In this document: positions 23,968 through 33,699 of the stretch, one piece after another
How the letters are laid out: each line of letters starts with the position of its first letter
How positions within the stretch are numbered: position 1 is the first letter of the stretch
NCBI GenBank assembly: GCA_028715295.1
Contig: JAQUSD010000003.1
Location: 1-52,378 of the forward strand
Reading direction: 5' to 3'
From: Candidatus Nanoarchaeia archaeon
Lineage (GTDB): Archaea; Nanobdellota; Nanobdellia; JAQUSD01
DNA: 52,378 bases
The notes under the pieces: model-generated
The model's database searches: none
Told to the model about the DNA's origin: nothing
Seen by the model: only the letters and a program-made list of their open reading frames with translations
Position numbers and translations under genes: made by a program

Positions 23968-25295
23968 TTTTCAATCTCCTCTTTAATTATTGCAGAATAC
24001 TTTTCTTTTAGTTCTTTTAGTCTTATATCATTTTCAGCTTCTATACAAAGACATATTTCTGGATTTGTGTTGCTTTTTCTAAGCATAACCCATTCAATAT
24101 CATTAAGGAAAAATTTTATTCCGTCTTCTTTTGAAGCTCTTGGTTCATTCTCAAATCTTTTAACAAGATGTTCTATTGCATTATTCTTATTTTCCTCATT
24201 TTTACAGTGAAAATATTCTTTATATGTTGGATGAAGTTCAAGAGAATCAACAATTTCCGAAAGTTTTTTATCAGCGTTGCTTAGAAATTCAGCCATTTTT
24301 AGTCCTGTTATAAGTCCGTCTGAAAATGGATACAAGCCAAACCCATAAAAATGAGAACTCTGCTCTCCGCCAAACACAGCATTGTTTTTGTAAACAGCGT
24401 CTTCTATAAAGCCATGTCCTACTTTTATCCATATTACCTTAGCACCCATTTTTTTAGCTTTAATTTCTATTTCACTTGCACAGTCAAGAGTGGCTACAAT
24501 GGGTTTCGTATCTTTTCCAAGAAAATGCTCCATTAAAACCATTATAGTAATACTTCCTAACATTTCACGTCCTTTGTCATCAACAAGAACTCCCCTGTCC
24601 GCATCACCATCAAAAGCAATACCAAAATCAGCGCCTTCTTTTATTACAGTTTCTTTAAGTAAGTTTAGTTCCTCTCCTTTTGGCTCAGGACGTACCCCCC
24701 CGAAATCACCAAGAGGGGTGTCTCTTAGAGAAACAACATTAATCCCACAGCGTTTATATAAATTTTCAGCAATAGTTCCTGCAGTTGCATTCATGCAGTC
24801 AATTACAACTTTGACAGGCATTCTTATAATTGTTTTTGATTTAACAAAATCAGAATAAAGTTTTAAGCCATCATCTTTTTCGAGAGTTCCATACCCTCTA
24901 AGAAATTCGCTGTTTTTTACAATTTGTTTTATCTCTGAGTATTCTTCAATGTAAGAAACCCCTGTGGGCCGGATTAGTTTAAATCCATTGTATTGCGGAG
25001 GATTGTGGGAAGCAGTAACCATGACACCGTTAATTTTTTTGTTAAAAGCATAAAAATAAGCAACAGGGCTTGGAACAGCACCAATGTCTATTACATCAAT
25101 TCCAGTTGAGAGCAAACCATTAATTAAAGCCTCACTTATTGGTTTTGAAGATGTTCTTGAATCATAACCTACAACAACTTTTCCAGCCTTTAGAAATGTG
25201 CCAAGCGCCTTTCCTATTATTTCTGCACCATTGTCATCAAGCTGTTCAGGATAAATACCCCTTATGTCATAGGCTTTGAATATTTCAAAGTCCAT
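23964..25295 (-). CDS. Phosphomannomutase/phosphoglucomutase
   Basis: FKAYDIRG, TASHNP, FDGDADR, GEQSSH, RKSNT. Confidence 0.95.
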   Translation of the reverse strand: MDFEIFKAYDIRGIYPEQLDDNGAEIIGKALGTFLKAGKVVVGYDSRTSSKPISEALINGLLSTGIDVIDIGAVPSPVAYFYAFNKKINGVMVTASHNPPQYNGFKLIRPTGVSYIEEYSEIKQIVKNSEFLRGYGTLEKDDGLKLYSDFVKSKTIIRMPVKVVIDCMNATAGTIAENLYKRCGINVVSLRDTPLGDFGGVRPEPKGEELNLLKETVIKEGADFGIAFDGDADRGVLVDDKGREMLGSITIMVLMEHFLGKDTKPIVATLDCASEIEIKAKKMGAKVIWIKVGHGFIEDAVYKNNAVFGGEQSSHFYGFGLYPFSDGLITGLKMAEFLSNADKKLSEIVDSLELHPTYKEYFHCKNEENKNNAIEHLVKRFENEPRASKEDGIKFFLNDIEWVMLRKSNTNPEICLCIEAENDIRLKELKEKYSAIIKEEIEK

Positions 25296-25296
25296 T

Positions 25297-26139
25297 TTAA
25301 TAACCTATTTTTCCACTGTCAAAATCTTTTAACGCTTCTTCATAAGACTCAAGTGTTCCCAAATCCTTCCAATAACCTTCAAAAGGATAACCGCACAGCT
25401 TATTTCTAGAAGCTATTACAGGGAAAACATCAGTTTCTATTTTTGAAAATCCTTCTGGTATTAAATCCAGAGCTTCAGGTTCAAGGATATAAACACCGGC
25501 ATTTATTAAGTTTGATTCCCATCTTTGAGGTTTTTCCAAAAATTCAATTATTTTTGCCCCATTCATCCTTGTAACCCCATACCTTGAAGGGTCCTCAACA
25601 GCTGTTAAAGCAATTGTAGCTGAGGCGTTCTCTTTTTTGTGGAATCTGTACATCTGCACCAAATCCAGATTAAAAACATTGTCTCCATTAAGCATAAGAA
25701 ATGTTGTATCAAGCATTTTTCTAGCAAGTTTTAATGGGCCTGCTGTCCCCATCGGTTCTTTTTCTTCAATGTAATGTATAGTAACCCCAAATTTTGAGCC
25801 GTTGCCAAAGTATTCCTTTATTTTTTCACCCAAATAACCTATTGAAATTATAATTTCCCTTATATCATACTTCCTTAACAGGTTTATTGTGTGTTCAAGA
25901 AGAGGACGCCCCTTTATTGGTATCATTGGTTTTGGAATTTCATATGTTATTGGACGAAGCCTTGTGCCCTGCCCCCCAGCAAGTATAAACGCTTTCTTAG
26001 GCATATTCGCCCTAATTGCTTTTGAAACTAAAAGTTCCATTGCATGCGAACGGTTTCTTACATTTATCCCGTCAATAGTAGAATCTATTTTTTTAATTAT
26101 ATCCTCATCAATTGTTAAGGAAAGCCTCATTTTACTCAT
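25297..26139 (-). CDS. Ribbon-helix-helix domain fused to nucleotidyltransferase
   Basis: MRLSLTIDEDIIKKID...NRSHAMELLV (RHH), then ILAGGQGTRLRPIT...PKPMIPI, NGDN, WKDLGT. Confidence 0.88.
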   Translation of the reverse strand: MSKMRLSLTIDEDIIKKIDSTIDGINVRNRSHAMELLVSKAIRANMPKKAFILAGGQGTRLRPITYEIPKPMIPIKGRPLLEHTINLLRKYDIREIIISIGYLGEKIKEYFGNGSKFGVTIHYIEEKEPMGTAGPLKLARKMLDTTFLMLNGDNVFNLDLVQMYRFHKKENASATIALTAVEDPSRYGVTRMNGAKIIEFLEKPQRWESNLINAGVYILEPEALDLIPEGFSKIETDVFPVIASRNKLCGYPFEGYWKDLGTLESYEEALKDFDSGKIGY

Positions 26140-26164
26140 AATACTACAAAGTAATACAAAAGAC

Positions 26165-26202
26165 TATTTAAATCCTTTGACACACCATGATTATTTTTAA
26201 AT
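26165..26202. promoter_or_regulatory. Divergent archaeal promoters of the two sugar-nucleotide operons
   Basis: Minus strand AAAGGA-TTTAAATA (26165-26178), 26 nt before 26139; plus strand TTTTAAAT (26195-26202), ~27 nt before 26229. Confidence 0.55.
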
Positions 26203-26228
26203 GTTTTATCATTATAGTTAAATTAGTA

Positions 26229-27500
26229 ATGAACATTGCTGTTTTTGGTTCAGGATATGTGGGGCTTGTTACTGGCAACTGTTTTGCAAAGCTTGGAAAT
26301 AAAATTGCCTTTGTAGATGTTGATGAGAATAAAATTAATATGATTAGGGAAGGGGTTTGCCCCATTTATGAAACAGGGCTTCCTGATTTAATGGCTGATA
26401 ATCATGAAAACAAAAGAATATCAGCAACACTTGATTATGTTTCAGCTGTAAAAAACAGCGAAATAATATATATTTGTGTTGGAACCCCTTCAAATGAAGA
26501 CGGTTCTATAGATTTAAAATACATTTATTCAGCATCAAGGAATATTGGGCAAGCAATCAAGGAAAAAAATGATTATTGTGTTGTTGTTGTAAAAAGCACT
26601 GTTGTTCCAGGAACAACTGACGAAGTTGGAAAAATAATTGCAGAAACATCAGGAAAAAATTTAGGAAAGGATTTTGGTTTGTGCATGAATCCCGAGTTTC
26701 TTAGGGAAGGAAGCGCTATAAAAGATTTCATTAACCCTGACACAGTTGTGCTTGGTTGCGTGGATGACAGAACTTTTGAAAAAATGTCTGAACTTTACAA
26801 CCAGTTTAATGATAAGATATACAAAACAAACACAAGAACAGCTGAAATGATAAAATATGCAAAGAATTCATTTTTAGCAACTAAGATATCTTTTATAAAT
26901 GAAATAGCAAACATTTCTGAAAAACTTGGTGTTGATGTTGGCGCTGTTGCTGAAGTTATTGGAAGAGACCCAAGAATAAGCCCAAGTTTTCTTTTAGCAG
27001 GTGCTGGTTTTGGGGGCTCATGCTTTCCAAAAGATGTCAAGGCATTGATTGCAAAGGCAAAAGAAAACAATTACACTCCTGTTGTTCTTGATTCTGTTAT
27101 AAAATTAAATGAAAAACAGCCATTAAGACTTTTAGAGCTTGCAGAAGAATTTGAATATAAAAAAGCGGGAATTCTTGGTATTGCATTTAAGCCGAATACA
27201 GATGATATAAGAGAAGCACCAGCATTAAAATTAATCGACGCCTTAATAAAAAATGAAAAAGAGATTTTTGCTTATGACCCAAAAGCAATGGAGAATGCAA
27301 AACAAATTTTCCCTAACATAAATTACTGTTCAAATATGGACGAGGTTGTTAAAAATTCAGACATTATATTTGTTTTAACAGACTGGGATGAATTTAAAAA
27401 GCTTGAGAATTATACTATTGAAAAGCCGATTATATTTGGGAGAAAAATGTTTAATCCAAGGCCAAATATGAAGCTGATTGGATATGGAGTGAAAAAATGA
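26229..27500 (+). CDS. ugd: UDP-glucose 6-dehydrogenase
   Basis: GSGYVG, CVGTP, KSTVVPGT, NPEFLREG, catalytic FGGSCFPKD, FKPNTDDIREAP. Start ATG 26229. Confidence 0.95.
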   Translation: MNIAVFGSGYVGLVTGNCFAKLGNKIAFVDVDENKINMIREGVCPIYETGLPDLMADNHENKRISATLDYVSAVKNSEIIYICVGTPSNEDGSIDLKYIYSASRNIGQAIKEKNDYCVVVVKSTVVPGTTDEVGKIIAETSGKNLGKDFGLCMNPEFLREGSAIKDFINPDTVVLGCVDDRTFEKMSELYNQFNDKIYKTNTRTAEMIKYAKNSFLATKISFINEIANISEKLGVDVGAVAEVIGRDPRISPSFLLAGAGFGGSCFPKDVKALIAKAKENNYTPVVLDSVIKLNEKQPLRLLELAEEFEYKKAGILGIAFKPNTDDIREAPALKLIDALIKNEKEIFAYDPKAMENAKQIFPNINYCSNMDEVVKNSDIIFVLTDWDEFKKLENYTIEKPIIFGRKMFNPRPNMKLIGYGVKK

Positions 27501-28336
27501 TAGGAGTTATACCTGCTGCTGGAGAAGGAACCAGAATGTATCCCTGGATAAGGGCAGCGCCTAAAGAGATGATTTTATACGGACATAAACCCGTTTTAGT
27601 TCATTGTTTAGACATACTCAAGGACTGTGGCGTAAATGAGGTTTGTATAATTACTGGACACCAGAAAGGCGCTCTTATGGACTATATTGGAAACGGAGAA
27701 AACTGCGGACTGCATGTTGATTACACCTTTCAGGTTGAAAGAAAAGGACTCGGACATGCGATATTGTGTTCTGAAAAAAGAGTCATGGGAAGCAGTTCAG
27801 ATTCCTTTATTGTTTTTTTAGGTGATACTTTTGTTGAACCTGATAATGATATTAAAAAACTTATCCAAAACCACAATGATAAAAAACCAATCGCATCAAT
27901 AATTGTTGAGCCGGTAAGTGATCCATCCAAATATGGCATTGTTAAATTAGAGAATATCAATAATGGAATTGCGGATATTGTTGATTTGTTTGAAAAGCCT
28001 AATGAAGAAGAAAGAAAGCCTTTTGAAATAGAGGGTAAGTATTATGTTATTGCAGGTGTTTATGTTCTTAATAAAAAAATGTTTGATTATCTTAAAAGTA
28101 CAAAACCCGGTTATGGAGGAGAAATACAGCTTACAGACGCTTTAAAACTTGCGCTTTCAAACAACGAAAAAATGAACGCTGTTATTTTGTCAGGTAGAAG
28201 GCTTGATTTTGGAAATTGGCAGAATTATCTTAAGATGCAGAAAGAATTCTTTACAAGAATATCTGAAGAAGAACTTAAAAAAATATCAGAAGAACTTAAT
28301 TCTCTCGCAGAAAAATACAGGAGCAATGGAAAATGA
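27497..28336 (+). CDS. Sugar-phosphate nucleotidyltransferase (GalU/RfbA-like)
   Basis: IPAAGEGTRMYP, PKEM, GLGHAIL, LGD, EKP, GEIQLTDA. Confidence 0.92.
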   Translation: MIGVIPAAGEGTRMYPWIRAAPKEMILYGHKPVLVHCLDILKDCGVNEVCIITGHQKGALMDYIGNGENCGLHVDYTFQVERKGLGHAILCSEKRVMGSSSDSFIVFLGDTFVEPDNDIKKLIQNHNDKKPIASIIVEPVSDPSKYGIVKLENINNGIADIVDLFEKPNEEERKPFEIEGKYYVIAGVYVLNKKMFDYLKSTKPGYGGEIQLTDALKLALSNNEKMNAVILSGRRLDFGNWQNYLKMQKEFFTRISEEELKKISEELNSLAEKYRSNGK

Positions 28337-29271
28337 ATGTTTTAGTTACGGGAGGCGCTGGTTTTTTAGGAAGCTGGCTATGTGAAAAGCTTGTACAAAA
28401 AAAATACAATGTTTACTGTCTTGATAATTTATCATCTGGAAAAACAACAAATATAGACTCATTAAGGAAAGAAAAAAACTTTGAGTTTATAAGACATGAT
28501 ATAATATCTCCTTTTGGAACCGAGGAAAAATTTGACATAATTTATCATTTAGCATGTCCGGCAGCACCTTTCCAGTACCAAAAAACACCAGTCAATACTC
28601 TTTTAACTAATTCAGCAGGCTCGCTTAATGTTCTTGAACTCGCAAGAAAAAATGACTGTCCTGTGTTTATATCATCAACCTCAGAGGTTTATGGTGACCC
28701 TGATATTGTACCAACTCCGGAAACGCATAGAGGGTATGTTTCTCCAATTGGAATACGCTCCTGTTATGATGAGGGAAAAAGATATTCTGAAGCATTGTTC
28801 AAAGCTTATGAAAGACAGTATGGGATTGATACAAGAATTGTAAGAATATTCAATACTTATGGACCAAAAATAAGGGGGGATGGCATGTATGGAAGAGTTA
28901 TACCTAATTTCATAAGACAGGTTCTGAAAAATGAAGATATAACTATTTATGGGGATGGAAACCAAACAAGAAGCTTTTGTTATGTTGAAGACTTAATAAG
29001 AGCGTTTATCCTTGTTGGTGAATCAGAGATTGCAAGAGGCGAAATTTTTAACATTGGAAACCCTCACGAAATCACGGTAAACGAACTAGCAGACACCATG
29101 ATTGAGATTACAGGAGCGAAATCAAAGAAAATCCATCTCCCTCTGCCTGAAGATGACCCTAAAAGAAGATGTCCTGACATTAATAAGATAACACAGACAT
29201 TCGGATGGAAACCCGAAGTTAGTCTAAAAGAAGGGTTACAAAGAACAATTGAGTGGATTAAGACAAATTGA
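28333..29271 (+). CDS. uxs: UDP-glucuronate decarboxylase (UDP-xylose synthase-like)
   Basis: GGAGFLGS, HLACPAAP, STSEVYGDP, RSCYDEGKR, QTRSFCYVEDL, DDPKRRCPDI. Confidence 0.9.
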   Translation: MNVLVTGGAGFLGSWLCEKLVQKKYNVYCLDNLSSGKTTNIDSLRKEKNFEFIRHDIISPFGTEEKFDIIYHLACPAAPFQYQKTPVNTLLTNSAGSLNVLELARKNDCPVFISSTSEVYGDPDIVPTPETHRGYVSPIGIRSCYDEGKRYSEALFKAYERQYGIDTRIVRIFNTYGPKIRGDGMYGRVIPNFIRQVLKNEDITIYGDGNQTRSFCYVEDLIRAFILVGESEIARGEIFNIGNPHEITVNELADTMIEITGAKSKKIHLPLPEDDPKRRCPDINKITQTFGWKPEVSLKEGLQRTIEWIKTN

Positions 29272-29306
29272 TAATAAATATAAATGTGGTTGTTTTTTTA
29301 CAAGAT

Positions 29307-30749
29307 ATGACTGATGTTATTCTAATACAGCCGGGGAATATATTCCCAAACGAAGGTTTTGAATTTAAACGAGCAGGAGGATTGTGGACTGGAACCCCTC
29401 CACTTGGTTTGGCTTATATGGCCGCGTATATAAGAAAATCAGGACATAGCGTTAAGATAATAGATTTAAACAAGGAGTATAAGACTGTCGAGTTATTTTT
29501 AAAATTTATATCCATAGAATCTCCTATTGCAGTGGGCATCACATGTGTAACTGCAACAGCACCGTATGTTAAGAAAATTGCTGAAATATTAAAGGAAAAT
29601 TTTCCAAAAATTAAAATAATAATTGGGGGGCCACATGTGAATGCAGTTAAGCATAATATTTTTGATGAGATAAAAGATTCAGATTTTTTTGTTTTGGGTG
29701 AAGGGGAGCACACGTTAAACGAAATTATTTTAAATATTAAAAACAAAAAACCTCTTGACAAGATAAAAGGAACTATCTATAAAAAAGGCAAAAAAATAAT
29801 AATAAATGAATTAAGAGAAACCATCAAAAATCTTGATGAACTTCCCTTCCCTGCAAGAGATTTGCTCAATCTAGATTATTATATTAATCCACTTAACATA
29901 TTGACAAGCAGGGGTTGCCCTTATGGATGCATTTATTGTGACCAAAGCACATTTGGATTAAAGTGGCGCCCAAGGAGCGCCGAAAATGTTTACGAAGAAA
30001 TTAAGCATATTTCTGAAAATTATACAAAATATTTGCCACGCGGAATTGATATCGCCGACGACAGCTTTAATATAGATATAAACAGGGCTAAAAAAATTCT
30101 TGATTTAGTTTACGAAAATAATCTGGGGGTAAAACTAAATTTTGGGAATGGTTTGAGGATGAATACAATAGATGAGGAGTTTCTAACAAAACTTAAAAGA
30201 AACGGTTCGGAAACAGTTTTCTATGGGATTGAATCTCTTGATGACGATGTTCTGCTAAAGGCACACAAGGGACAGAATTTTTCAATAATTAAAAGAGTTA
30301 TTGAACTTACCAAAAAATCAAAAATAAAGGTTGGCGGGTTTTTTATAGTGGACTTGCCTGGGATGAATGATGAAAAAGCCAAAATCACAATAAAAAGATT
30401 GAGTGGGCTTAATCTAGATTACTATGGGTTTTCATTTGCAACCCCTTACCCAGGAACAGAACTCCATAGGTTAATAAATACTGAGGAAAATTATAACGTC
30501 CTTCATGAAGACCTTTCAATAGATAAGGACCAGCCATTTTACGAATCAAAAGATTTCACAAAAGAAGAAAAGATAGCGTTATACAATAAGATGTGTTCTG
30601 TTAGAAATAAGCTAATACTTAAGAGATATTTAACTCCAAAAGCAATATCACAAAAATTGGTTAGCATAAGGTCTTTAAAGGATGTTAAGAGGATATGGAG
30701 ACATTTTTATAACCTTGTTTCTAACACGAAAAAAAGGTATATAAATTAA
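29307..30749 (+). CDS. B12-binding domain radical SAM protein
   Basis: PPLGLAYMAA, IGGPHV, GEGE, SRGCPYGCIYC, GIES, TPYPGT. Start ATG 29307. Confidence 0.92.
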   Translation: MTDVILIQPGNIFPNEGFEFKRAGGLWTGTPPLGLAYMAAYIRKSGHSVKIIDLNKEYKTVELFLKFISIESPIAVGITCVTATAPYVKKIAEILKENFPKIKIIIGGPHVNAVKHNIFDEIKDSDFFVLGEGEHTLNEIILNIKNKKPLDKIKGTIYKKGKKIIINELRETIKNLDELPFPARDLLNLDYYINPLNILTSRGCPYGCIYCDQSTFGLKWRPRSAENVYEEIKHISENYTKYLPRGIDIADDSFNIDINRAKKILDLVYENNLGVKLNFGNGLRMNTIDEEFLTKLKRNGSETVFYGIESLDDDVLLKAHKGQNFSIIKRVIELTKKSKIKVGGFFIVDLPGMNDEKAKITIKRLSGLNLDYYGFSFATPYPGTELHRLINTEENYNVLHEDLSIDKDQPFYESKDFTKEEKIALYNKMCSVRNKLILKRYLTPKAISQKLVSIRSLKDVKRIWRHFYNLVSNTKKRYIN

Positions 30750-31855
30750 TCATTCGCCTTCCCACCTAGATTTTTTATGTGCTTTAAATAAAAGATGAAT
30801 GCAATAGCCCCAAATAAGAAAGTGTTGTAAAATAAACCAAGCATTCTTACTGTAATTATGTCGGAAGCAGCAACACCAACAAGAGAGAAAAGCAGGATAT
30901 TTACAGCATCTCCAGTACCTAGCCCTTGTATTGATATTGGTATAAGTGAAACTAAAACAGCCAATGATGAAAACGCAATAACATGGAGAGGAGAAATACT
31001 TATTCCAATAGCCATAAATAAAACCCAGCTACTAAAAAAACTTATCAACCATAAAAAAATACTGAAAATAAAAAGCCAGCTTAATTTTTTAATGTTCTTT
31101 TTTAGCAGGGAAACAGCTTCAAAAGCATTGTGGGTTATCTCTCCAACCCGGGGCTTGTATTTTTTAGGCAGTAACTTAAGCATAAAGGATATTGAACGCC
31201 TCGCAAATTTTTCACTGTATAGAACAAAAAATGAAAGTAAAAGAATTACACCGGAAAAAATAGAAAAGATGTACATCTCCGGAAGAAAATTAATTCCAAT
31301 CCATATTGAAGAAAAAAAACTGATTAAAATCATTGAAATAAAATCAAAAAGCCTGTCAGTAAATTGAAGAACCATGCCCTTGCTTTTAGGTATGTTAAGT
31401 TCTTTTTTAAAAGAAATAACCTTCATAAAATCGCCTAATCTTCCGGGTGTTGTTGATGCTAAAAAAAAACCAAACATCCAAACCTCAATAGCTTTTTTAA
31501 TTGAATAAGCTTTACCCTGTGTTTTAAGCAGAAAGTTCATCCTTACTGCTTTTGGAATACTTGTTAAAACAACCAGCCCAGTATATGAAAGACATAACCC
31601 AATATTCGCCTTTAGAACCCCTTGTATTATTGAATCAATGCCAATATGATATATAAGGTAAGCAAAAAGAAATATCCCTATAAAAATGAACACCGATTTT
31701 TTAATAAAAGACATAACTGATTTTAATCTAAAAAGCAAGTAAACACCACTTACCAGGGTTAAAATAAGGTATATATGAGAATAATCAACAAAAATACCAA
31801 ACAATGAAATAATGAATATAATTATTGAAATAGTGTCAAGTATTTTTAAACCCAT
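30746..31855 (-). CDS. Lysylphosphatidylglycerol-synthase-TM (UPF0104) flippase-like membrane protein
   Basis: TPGRLGDFMK, DRLFD, LIPISIQGLGTGD; multiple TM segments. Confidence 0.85.
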   Translation of the reverse strand: MGLKILDTISIIIFIISLFGIFVDYSHIYLILTLVSGVYLLFRLKSVMSFIKKSVFIFIGIFLFAYLIYHIGIDSIIQGVLKANIGLCLSYTGLVVLTSIPKAVRMNFLLKTQGKAYSIKKAIEVWMFGFFLASTTPGRLGDFMKVISFKKELNIPKSKGMVLQFTDRLFDFISMILISFFSSIWIGINFLPEMYIFSIFSGVILLLSFFVLYSEKFARRSISFMLKLLPKKYKPRVGEITHNAFEAVSLLKKNIKKLSWLFIFSIFLWLISFFSSWVLFMAIGISISPLHVIAFSSLAVLVSLIPISIQGLGTGDAVNILLFSLVGVAASDIITVRMLGLFYNTFLFGAIAFIFYLKHIKNLGGKAND

Positions 31856-31892
31856 AAGTGAATACTACCTCACATTAATATATAAATCTAAT

Positions 31893-32528
31893 TTATTTTT
31901 GAACAATAACAGAAATGTGACTATAACATCTGTCCTTGCCAAAGTCTAATTTTTTTGATGTTCTAAGCATTGTTTTAAGTATTGTTTTATTAATATTCTT
32001 TAGCAGTTTTGGTTGGTTGTGTGTAATTGGAACCAACCATGAAATAAAAGTTGAAAAAACACCTGGACAAACTTTTTCAGTTTTCAGTATCTTAAATTTT
32101 TTATTTTTAAGCAGATTTTCAATGCCCTGGATTGTATATCTAGTGTAATCCGCCCAGTCGTGCCTGAAATAAACAAAAGGAACTACAACCACAGCAATGC
32201 CACCTGTTTTTATAACTCTATACATCTCCTCAACAGCTTTTTCAGGATTATCAACATGTTCAAGTAAGGAAAGGCATAGAACTGTATTGAAGCTTCCATT
32301 TTTAAACGGCAGTAATTTTGCATCCCCAACAACTGAAGGATTACAGTCTGGATTAAAATCAAGCGAATAATATTTTTTATTAGGGAACTGGTGTTTTCTT
32401 GAAAAATAGCTTGAGCCAACATCCAGTATTGGGGAATGTATCATGTCAAATGGGAGCTTATCATCTTCAAAAGCATCCCGTTCTATGATTTTTATTTTTA
32501 ATTTTTCTGAAGGTTTCATTTTATGCAC
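31893..32528 (-). CDS. Class I SAM-dependent methyltransferase
   Basis: ILDVGS, GDAKLLPF, LEHVDNP, LIKTGG-like EMYRVIKTGG, DYTRYT. Confidence 0.88.
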   Translation of the reverse strand: MHKMKPSEKLKIKIIERDAFEDDKLPFDMIHSPILDVGSSYFSRKHQFPNKKYYSLDFNPDCNPSVVGDAKLLPFKNGSFNTVLCLSLLEHVDNPEKAVEEMYRVIKTGGIAVVVVPFVYFRHDWADYTRYTIQGIENLLKNKKFKILKTEKVCPGVFSTFISWLVPITHNQPKLLKNINKTILKTMLRTSKKLDFGKDRCYSHISVIVQK

Positions 32529-33697
32529 CTGTAAAGTTTTTCTATCTTGTCAACCACAACACCGATAGAATTATTTTTTAATATACTTTTCACAGCATTA
32601 TTACCTAACCTGCCAGACTTTTTATTGTTAATTAAGAAACCTATTTTATTCTTAAGTTCGTCAGAATTACCAGCACTGAAAAGCAGACCGTTCCAGTTAT
32701 CCTTTACAAACTCCTTTATTGTAGTTATATTAGCAGATATGCAAGGCTTTCCGCAAGACATTGCTTCAAGAAGACTATTTGGATTTGGATCAAAATAGCT
32801 AGGGTGGATATAAATATCACAAGAATTTATGTAATCATTTATTTTTTCATGTGGTATAGAATTAACAAAAGCAATGTTTTTATCAGCCATTGACTTAAGG
32901 CGTTCTTTATAAACCCCATCACCAATAACAATAAGATATACTTTTCCATTAAGTTTTTTTACAGCGTCAATGGCAGTTTCTATGCCTTTCCAAGGAACAA
33001 GCCTTGATATTGTAATTGCAACAATCTTATTGTAATCTTTAAAAAGAAATTTTCTCATAGGTTTAAATTTTTGAGTATCAATGGGGTTTCTGACAATTTT
33101 TATTTTTTTGTTAACCTTCATTTCATTTTCAAGAAGCCACTTCCCATATTCACTATTCGAATAAACAAGAGCATAGTGGTTTATCATTTTTTTCTCAAGA
33201 ATAAAGAATATTCTGCTTAAAATGTGGCTAAATTTCCAGCTCGCAAGATATCCTTTTTCAGGAAGCCATCCTTTTGGTTTTATTGTACCAAGAACCTCAT
33301 AAACCAAGTCTCCCCCATATTTTAAAACCGTTTTTCTTCTTTTGTTTTCTTTTCCATAAGTATACATAAAAACAGCAGAGTTTCCTATTGTCACTTCATG
33401 TGAATGTATAATGTCATAATTCTCATTTTTATCCAATTCTTTAATCTTATCAGAAATTTTCTTCGCAGTCTTATAAAAATTAATTAATCCCGTTTTACCT
33501 GAACTAAAGGGGGTTTTAACTCTGAATATTTTTAAACCCGTTTTCTCCTCAAAGTCCTTTTCTTCATTATTGAATTTTTGTGTAATTATGTGGACTTCAT
33601 GCCCCCTTTTAATAAGTTCCATTGATATTATTTCACAGGAAGAACCAGCGCCTCCAGAAATAGGGGGGAATGTACTCAAAACCATAGCAATTTTCAT
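32516..33697 (-). CDS. Glycosyltransferase family 4
   Basis: FPPISGG, SRLVPWKG, LLEAMSCGKPCI. Confidence 0.92.
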   Translation of the reverse strand: MKIAMVLSTFPPISGGAGSSCEIISMELIKRGHEVHIITQKFNNEEKDFEEKTGLKIFRVKTPFSSGKTGLINFYKTAKKISDKIKELDKNENYDIIHSHEVTIGNSAVFMYTYGKENKRRKTVLKYGGDLVYEVLGTIKPKGWLPEKGYLASWKFSHILSRIFFILEKKMINHYALVYSNSEYGKWLLENEMKVNKKIKIVRNPIDTQKFKPMRKFLFKDYNKIVAITISRLVPWKGIETAIDAVKKLNGKVYLIVIGDGVYKERLKSMADKNIAFVNSIPHEKINDYINSCDIYIHPSYFDPNPNSLLEAMSCGKPCISANITTIKEFVKDNWNGLLFSAGNSDELKNKIGFLINNKKSGRLGNNAVKSILKNNSIGVVVDKIEKLYRCIK

Positions 33698-33699
33698 TT

